The translations under genes and the position numbers were made by a program. Positions 58,609-64,000 of a DNA stretch of 64,000 nt are shown piece after piece (position 1 is the stretch's first letter; each line of letters opens with the position of its first letter). The DNA is from an uncultured cyanobacterium (lineage in GTDB: Bacteria; Cyanobacteriota; Cyanobacteriia; Pseudanabaenales; Pseudanabaenaceae): contig OY969811.1 in assembly GCA_963703315.1 (NCBI GenBank), positions 896,001 to 960,000 of the forward strand. Direction: 5' to 3'. The notes under the pieces are model-generated. The model made no database searches. It was given only the letters and a program-made list of their open reading frames with translations, and was not told the DNA's origin.

Positions 58609-60591
58609 GTGGTTAAATCTGTGTTGCTTGCCCAGCTATCAGAAGAGCAATCTCTGATGTGGCACAATGTATTAACTTCCCATCAATTAGAAGTATGGGC
58701 TGCCCCTGAAAGTGCAGACTTACTCAAGCTACTTGAGCAGAAACATCAATCTAAGCAAGCTTTACCTCAACTAATTATTTCTGATATTGGCATTAGATAT
58801 TATGGCGGTACATCTTTATTAGCCACAGAACTCTGTAAATGGTGCGCGGACAATGCACCTGAGTTAAGAGTTTTGCTAGTTAATCCCCGCCAAGATCAGA
58901 TTAAAGAAGTAGAAAGGCGTTGGGCAACGCGGCGGGGAGCGATCGATTTATTGCCGAAGGTTTCTATAGACAATCTCAGTTCCGCTTTTACAGTTGCTGC
59001 CAAAGCTTTAGAGCTAAAAGTCAATTCAGAAGCCTTAAACACTGCGATTACTAATCTTAAACGTCAGCAGTCCTTACCAGATAAAGGCGCTGTGAAGGGG
59101 AAAAACATTAGGCAAACTGCGACTGAAGAGTTAGCTCGCAAAATGGCAATGATTCCATTAATGGTGATGGCAAATGAACCTGAAATGGAATCATCATCCT
59201 CTAGTAATCTTTCATCTAATAGTTCTCAACGTCAACTAGCTTTAGATGCAACTATTTCCGAACTTCATCTTTATAATATCAAAATCGATTTAGAACAAAC
59301 AGGGGCGATCGCGCAGCAGCTATTTAAAGATAATCCTCTACTGCCAGCCCTCATCGTTTGTGAGCAGGATCGTTATGTGGGAATGCTATCGCGGCGCAGA
59401 TTTTTAGAATGTCTCAGTCGCCCTTATGCATTGGAGTTGTTTACCAAAAGACCATTGAGAGTCCTTTATGAACAATTTCAAGCAGACATTCTCAAGCTGC
59501 ATGGCAATATGCCAATTGTGATGGCATCTCAGTTAGCTCTCAGCCGTATCAATGACGATATTTACGAGCCTGTAATTGTTCATTTAGCTGACGATGTTTA
59601 TTCAGTATTGGATGTTCATGACTTATTGCAAGCTCAGTCCTATATCCACGAAATAGCGACCAAGTTATTGCGTGAGCAAACCCAGACCACCATGTTCCAA
59701 ACTGAAAAAATGGCGAGTCTAGGGCAAATTGTGGCGGAAGTATCCCATGATATTCGGAATCCTGTATCCGCGATTTATGGCAATACTGAGTGCCTTTTGA
59801 CTTACATAGAAGGAGTGATGAAAATCTTAAGAGCCTATGAAAAAGAATATGGAACTTCCGCACCAATAGTTCGTGAAACTTTAGAAGAAATTGATTGGGA
59901 GTTTGTGCGTTCAGATTTACCCCAAGTTGTCAAAAGTATCCAATCGGGAGCAAGATATTTGCGGCGATTGGTGGACACTTTGCAAAGCCTTTCCCACATG
60001 GAAGATCATGCGACACCAGATGCAATTAATTTACTGGAATGTGTCGATAGTAGTTTAACAATTCTCAGTGGCAGAATTAGAAATGTCCAGATTGTTAAAA
60101 ACTATATCGATCTGCCTCAAGTTAATGGATATAGCGATCGCATCATTCAAGTATTTATGAATCTGATCAGTAACTCCCTTGATGCTTTGGTCGATTTGAA
60201 TTCTCAACCTGAGTTAATCAAACAACGTCAACAGATGATCCACAAGGATGAAGTAAATACTAGAAATGGGAATGTGCAAACTGCATCCGAAATTAAATGG
60301 CAGCCTTTGATCACGATTACAGCAGCGATCGCGGAAATTGATCGTCGCAACTGGATATCCGTCAAAGTTTCAGACAATGGCATGGGAATTCCTAAAGAAA
60401 TTCAAGATCGCATCTTTGATAATTTCTTTACGACGAAGGGACAGGGGAAGGGGACTGGTTTAGGTTTGGCAATTTGCCATCAAATCATTACCCAGCAGCA
60501 TCATGGCAAAATTGTGCTGCGATCGCCTTACCTCAATCATAAAGGTGATGTGACCATTGGTACTGAGTTTGAAGTCTTGCTCCCAATATAG
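58609..60591 (+). CDS. Sensor histidine kinase with N-terminal receiver-like and CBS-like regions
   Basis: SHDIRNP H-box, [23 protein letters not shown]. Confidence 0.9.
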   Translation: MVKSVLLAQLSEEQSLMWHNVLTSHQLEVWAAPESADLLKLLEQKHQSKQALPQLIISDIGIRYYGGTSLLATELCKWCADNAPELRVLLVNPRQDQIKEVERRWATRRGAIDLLPKVSIDNLSSAFTVAAKALELKVNSEALNTAITNLKRQQSLPDKGAVKGKNIRQTATEELARKMAMIPLMVMANEPEMESSSSSNLSSNSSQRQLALDATISELHLYNIKIDLEQTGAIAQQLFKDNPLLPALIVCEQDRYVGMLSRRRFLECLSRPYALELFTKRPLRVLYEQFQADILKLHGNMPIVMASQLALSRINDDIYEPVIVHLADDVYSVLDVHDLLQAQSYIHEIATKLLREQTQTTMFQTEKMASLGQIVAEVSHDIRNPVSAIYGNTECLLTYIEGVMKILRAYEKEYGTSAPIVRETLEEIDWEFVRSDLPQVVKSIQSGARYLRRLVDTLQSLSHMEDHATPDAINLLECVDSSLTILSGRIRNVQIVKNYIDLPQVNGYSDRIIQVFMNLISNSLDALVDLNSQPELIKQRQQMIHKDEVNTRNGNVQTASEIKWQPLITITAAIAEIDRRNWISVKVSDNGMGIPKEIQDRIFDNFFTTKGQGKGTGLGLAICHQIITQQHHGKIVLRSPYLNHKGDVTIGTEFEVLLPI

Positions 60592-60767
60592 AGTGTGCGA
60601 AGCGAAGTTTGCTCTAGCCCCTCGCCCTTGGGGGAGGCGCTAGGGGTGAGGGTCTTAGAAACTTGCAAAGAAGTTTTCATTTTGCCATTGGCAAAATGAA
60701 AACTTCTTTGCAGTGTTGCTTTGCGGGGATTCGCGGTAGGATACAAGCTGAAGACTGAGAGAATTGT

Positions 60768-61976
60768 ATGGTGCATCAACTGCCAACTGGCGCAAAAGAT
60801 TTACTTCCCCTAGACGTTGCTCAAAAGCGTTGGATCGAGAGCCGTATTCAACAAGTTTTTCAATCATGGGGATATCAACGCATCATTACCCCAACCGTTG
60901 AGCATTTGCGATCGCTTACCGCAGGTGGAGCCGTCGATCCTGAATCCGTAATCCAACTACATAGCAGCAGCATCGATATTTTAGGTTTACGCCCTGAATT
61001 TACTGCCTCGATCGCTCGTGCCTATGCAGCGCGTCTAGGTGGCAATGTGGCAACCTGTCCCCAACGCATTTATTACAATGCCAATGTATTTCGACGCAAA
61101 TCTAATAACACCTCCGAAGAATCTTTTCAAGCAGGGGTCGAACTACTAGGCGCATCAGGTTTACTAGCCGATGGCGAAATTTTGCTACTCCTCGCCGAAA
61201 GCTTTGATCGAGTGGAATTAGACGATTGGAAAATTATTCTCGGTGATGCTCGACTCACAGGAGCATTACTAGATTTATTGCCTGAACAATATCGCGCCAA
61301 AGTGCGGCAAGCCCTTGCCAAACTTGATCGAATTGCGATCGTTGAAATGGATTTACCCGCCGAGGTTAAAGGCTATGCCCTCGAATTGATCGATCTACGT
61401 GGCAAGCCCAAGGATGTCCTGAGTCGTTTGGCAAATAGTGCATGGACATCGGGACTCACGGGCGAGATTAACTATCTCAAGTCTTTAATCGATCTCTGGG
61501 AAAGCACAGGTCAAAGTACTAGTAAGAATGTTGGTTGGGGCGATCGCCTAATTCTCGATCTCAGTTTTATGCAAACCTTTGACTATTACACAGGGATTGT
61601 GTTTGAAGTCGCTTGCAATAACTATGTAGTTGCTCAAGGCGGACGATACGATCGCCTACTTGGTGTCTATCATCCTCAAAACGTTAGCTATCCCAGTATT
61701 GGCTTTTGCATTAACCTCGAAGACTTACAGCAAGCCTTGCAATCTCGACTGCCTCAAACGCTGACTACCTCTAGCTGTTTAGTCGTAGCCAAAAATCCTG
61801 ATGCTATGCAAGCTGCCTTTGCCCATGCGACAAAGTTACGTCAAGCTAATGATGCTGTCGAACTAGAACTAGAATTTCGCCCTGAAGATGTTGTACGCGA
61901 CCATGCGCGATCGCGTGGTATCCCTCAAATCGCATGGATCAGTGCCGATGGCACAATCTCTTCAGAACGTATCTAA
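60768..61976 (+). CDS. hisZ: ATP phosphoribosyltransferase regulatory subunit
   Basis: GAKDLLP, LRPEFTASIAR, QAGVEL, DYYTG, GGRYD. Confidence 0.94.
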   Translation: MVHQLPTGAKDLLPLDVAQKRWIESRIQQVFQSWGYQRIITPTVEHLRSLTAGGAVDPESVIQLHSSSIDILGLRPEFTASIARAYAARLGGNVATCPQRIYYNANVFRRKSNNTSEESFQAGVELLGASGLLADGEILLLLAESFDRVELDDWKIILGDARLTGALLDLLPEQYRAKVRQALAKLDRIAIVEMDLPAEVKGYALELIDLRGKPKDVLSRLANSAWTSGLTGEINYLKSLIDLWESTGQSTSKNVGWGDRLILDLSFMQTFDYYTGIVFEVACNNYVVAQGGRYDRLLGVYHPQNVSYPSIGFCINLEDLQQALQSRLPQTLTTSSCLVVAKNPDAMQAAFAHATKLRQANDAVELELEFRPEDVVRDHARSRGIPQIAWISADGTISSERI

Positions 61977-62129
61977 AAAACTACACCGCCCGCTATACGG
62001 GTGGCGTAGTTTTTTGGGCTTGAGCCAATTTTCCTTGTTAAAACCTCTATTAAATTTGGATAACATAGGGTAATCTATTCAACCAATCATCCATTTTGGT
62101 AGTGATTTGATAGTGATAGGTACGTTTGC

Positions 62130-62573
62130 ATGAGATTTCCAGAAACAGCAAAATCGAGCGTAAGTTTAGCTTTTAGCCTAGGACTGATCGGTGCGATCGT
62201 GACAGTTGGCTGGTACTACATCATTGTGCCTTATAGGAAGCAACCTGAAAGACCAGTCTTTGCTAACGATCTCAAAGCTGCACCTGCACCAAAATCACCG
62301 ATCGCTACGATTAAAGTTCCAGCAATACCTCAACCAACGGTCAAAGCAAAACCCAAAGCTGTTGACGCAAAATATCAAGGTAAGGTCAATGCCAGTATCG
62401 GTTTAGTGTTTCGCTCTGATCCCAATCAAGCTGCCAAAAATGTTGGTGGTGCAGACTTTAACACCAAGGTTGCGGTGATTAGGGAAACTCCCGATCGCGA
62501 ATGGGTATATGTCAGAAATGAAAATACTAAAGAAGAAGGCTGGGTAAGAGGCGGTAACATCACCAAAGAATAG
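62130..62573 (+). CDS. Membrane-anchored SH3b-domain protein
   Basis: N-terminal TM helix, Pro-rich linker, GLVFRSDP...EWVYVR...EGWV. Confidence 0.8.
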   Translation: MRFPETAKSSVSLAFSLGLIGAIVTVGWYYIIVPYRKQPERPVFANDLKAAPAPKSPIATIKVPAIPQPTVKAKPKAVDAKYQGKVNASIGLVFRSDPNQAAKNVGGADFNTKVAVIRETPDREWVYVRNENTKEEGWVRGGNITKE

Positions 62574-62607
62574 ATAAAGGGTTCGCTTTGCGAACCCTTT
62601 ATCTATT
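62569..62607. terminator. Palindrome containing the TAG stops of both convergent genes
   Basis: AATAGATAAAGGGTTCGC-TTT-GCGAACCCTTTATCTATT. Confidence 0.7.
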
Positions 62608-63502
62608 GGACTAGCTTCTGCAACCAGTGAATCACTAACGCATTCACAATTTCAGGGCGATCGTCGTGGGGGCAATGCCCTGTATTAGGAATCGGAATTA
62701 CTTGAATATCCTTAGTTTTACTTGCCTCTTCGTAAACCTTTGCTCCATTAATCGGAGTCCAAGGATCAGCATCACCCCACAGAACTAGCAGAGGTTTCTG
62801 CACCTGAGCCAATAGATCAGCAGTACGCGGTCCCGCAGGAGCCGTCAAGATTGAATCAAAGACCTTTTGTGCGCCTTCATCACAGGATGGCTGATAAAGC
62901 ATATCTACTAGTTCATCATCGATCGCCTGATGATTGCGATACACCTGACGTAGAGAATTACGAATATTTCGCTTTTGGCGCACTTGATTAAATACAAATT
63001 TGCCCGTCACGTCAGAGCTAACTAACTTAGCAAACGCACCCATCACCAAGCGCAAAGGTAAATTCAACTCTTCAGGACGATGATTTAAGCCCCCTGCGGC
63101 ATTGAGTAAAACTGCGCCGATCGCGATTTCAGGAGAATTAGCCGTAAGCATCAAGGCAAGTAACGCACCGATGGAATTACCAATAAATATGGCAGGTTGC
63201 TGCACCAATTCGCGATGAAAGTCCTTGAGCAGTTCTTCCCAAAGTTCTAAGGAATAGGCGATCGCAGGTTTTGCTGACCCCCCAAATCCCAACAGATCAA
63301 GGGCAAACACCTGATAGCCCGCCTCAGTCCATGCAGGAATATTCTTCTTCCAGTGACCAATTGATGCACCGAAGCCATGAATTAAAACTAGCGGTGTACC
63401 TGTACCAGTGACAGAATATTTGATTTGATGTCCTTGCCAGATCCAAGTTTGCAAGGGAGATGAGCGGCGATCGCGAGTTTGAGGGTTTTCTGTAGTTAGC
63501 AC
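62603..63502 (-). CDS. Alpha/beta-fold hydrolase
   Basis: HGFGAS, GNSIG nucleophile elbow, GHCPHDD. Confidence 0.92.
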   Translation of the reverse strand: MLTTENPQTRDRRSSPLQTWIWQGHQIKYSVTGTGTPLVLIHGFGASIGHWKKNIPAWTEAGYQVFALDLLGFGGSAKPAIAYSLELWEELLKDFHRELVQQPAIFIGNSIGALLALMLTANSPEIAIGAVLLNAAGGLNHRPEELNLPLRLVMGAFAKLVSSDVTGKFVFNQVRQKRNIRNSLRQVYRNHQAIDDELVDMLYQPSCDEGAQKVFDSILTAPAGPRTADLLAQVQKPLLVLWGDADPWTPINGAKVYEEASKTKDIQVIPIPNTGHCPHDDRPEIVNALVIHWLQKLVQ

Positions 63503-63617
63503 AATAGGTAATTCTCAGCTTATATACATAACAGAATAATTTGTTAATATTTATCTAGAATGATAAAGTACTTGGCTGTCAATAACTAGACTTTAAAATA
63601 CTGAGTGAATAAATGGA

Positions 63618-63803
63618 ATGCCCACTGCTAGCCAGTTAAGCAGCTTATATCGTATCTGCTATCAGCTAACTTATACGATGCTTCAACCTATCCACCTTAT
63701 TTGTGTGGATGAGAGAACCCACAATGTGTATATCCTAGCTGGATATGAGGAAGAGCTAGAGTTTCAAATTTTACCTAATGGAGAGTTTGCAGATGAAAGT
63801 TAA
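63618..63803 (+). CDS. DUF6888-like small protein
   Basis: L.PIHL...DERT.NVYILAG....FQI..NG; overlaps the next ORF. Confidence 0.7.
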   Translation: MPTASQLSSLYRICYQLTYTMLQPIHLICVDERTHNVYILAGYEEELEFQILPNGEFADES

Positions 63804-64000
63804 TTATGATTCTATGTCTAAGGCTGAACTGAAGCAATATTTTCTGAAACATCGCGGCGATCGCGCTGCTTTTCATGCTTATTTAGATCGTCTTAATCAG
63901 CGTCCTCTCAGGGTTATTGCTAGTCCTAGCGATCCTAATTTTGATCAGAAAGTACAAGCTGCTATTCGCCAAAGATTGGAATCACAAAAAAATGACGACT
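63793..64000 (+). CDS. DUF6887-like small protein (runs off the window)
   Basis: Manual translation MKVNYDSMSKAELKQYFLKHRGDRAAFHAYLDRL...; absent from the ORF track because it is truncated. Confidence 0.7.
   Translation, partial: MKVNYDSMSKAELKQYFLKHRGDRAAFHAYLDRLNQRPLRVIASPSDPNFDQKVQAAIRQRLESQKNDD

Noticed and set aside
1..64000. HIP1 (GCGATCGC) abundance as a novel repeat
   Set aside because: Well-known cyanobacterial feature; used only as taxonomic and horizontal-transfer evidence.

Overview
Chromosomal segment of a cyanobacterium. The HIP1 octamer GCGATCGC occurs in most genes, and pxcA, glpX, ndbB, Yfr1 and Yfr2 are present; the overall style suggests Pseudanabaena (inference). About 55 mostly housekeeping or signalling CDSs are present: pyrR, trxA, ampG, pdhC, hemA, pyrC, mltA, hisG/hisZ, xseAB, uvrA, truB, aguB, sphR and several histidine kinases. 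Non-coding RNAs are tRNA-Lys(CTT) and the sRNAs Yfr1 and Yfr2. A small accessory islet (4.2-6.3 kb) holds Uma2 remnants, a Phd/RelE toxin-antitoxin pair and a NYN protein. The most striking unexplained signal is non-coding. Most intergenic gaps hold long palindromes from several miniature-element families. Their stems differ in sequence, but most close on a C-GNA-G or C-AAA-G DNA triloop, and both arms change together. One copy has its loop flipped relative to its flanks, and the larger elements have TA-bounded ends. Two insertions show direct evidence of mobility: a 112-bp element with a TAA duplication next to an empty paralogous site, and a 218-bp MITE with a 6-bp duplication that splits another palindrome. 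uvrA carries a one-base frameshift near its 3' end. No CRISPR array, transposase or prophage was found.
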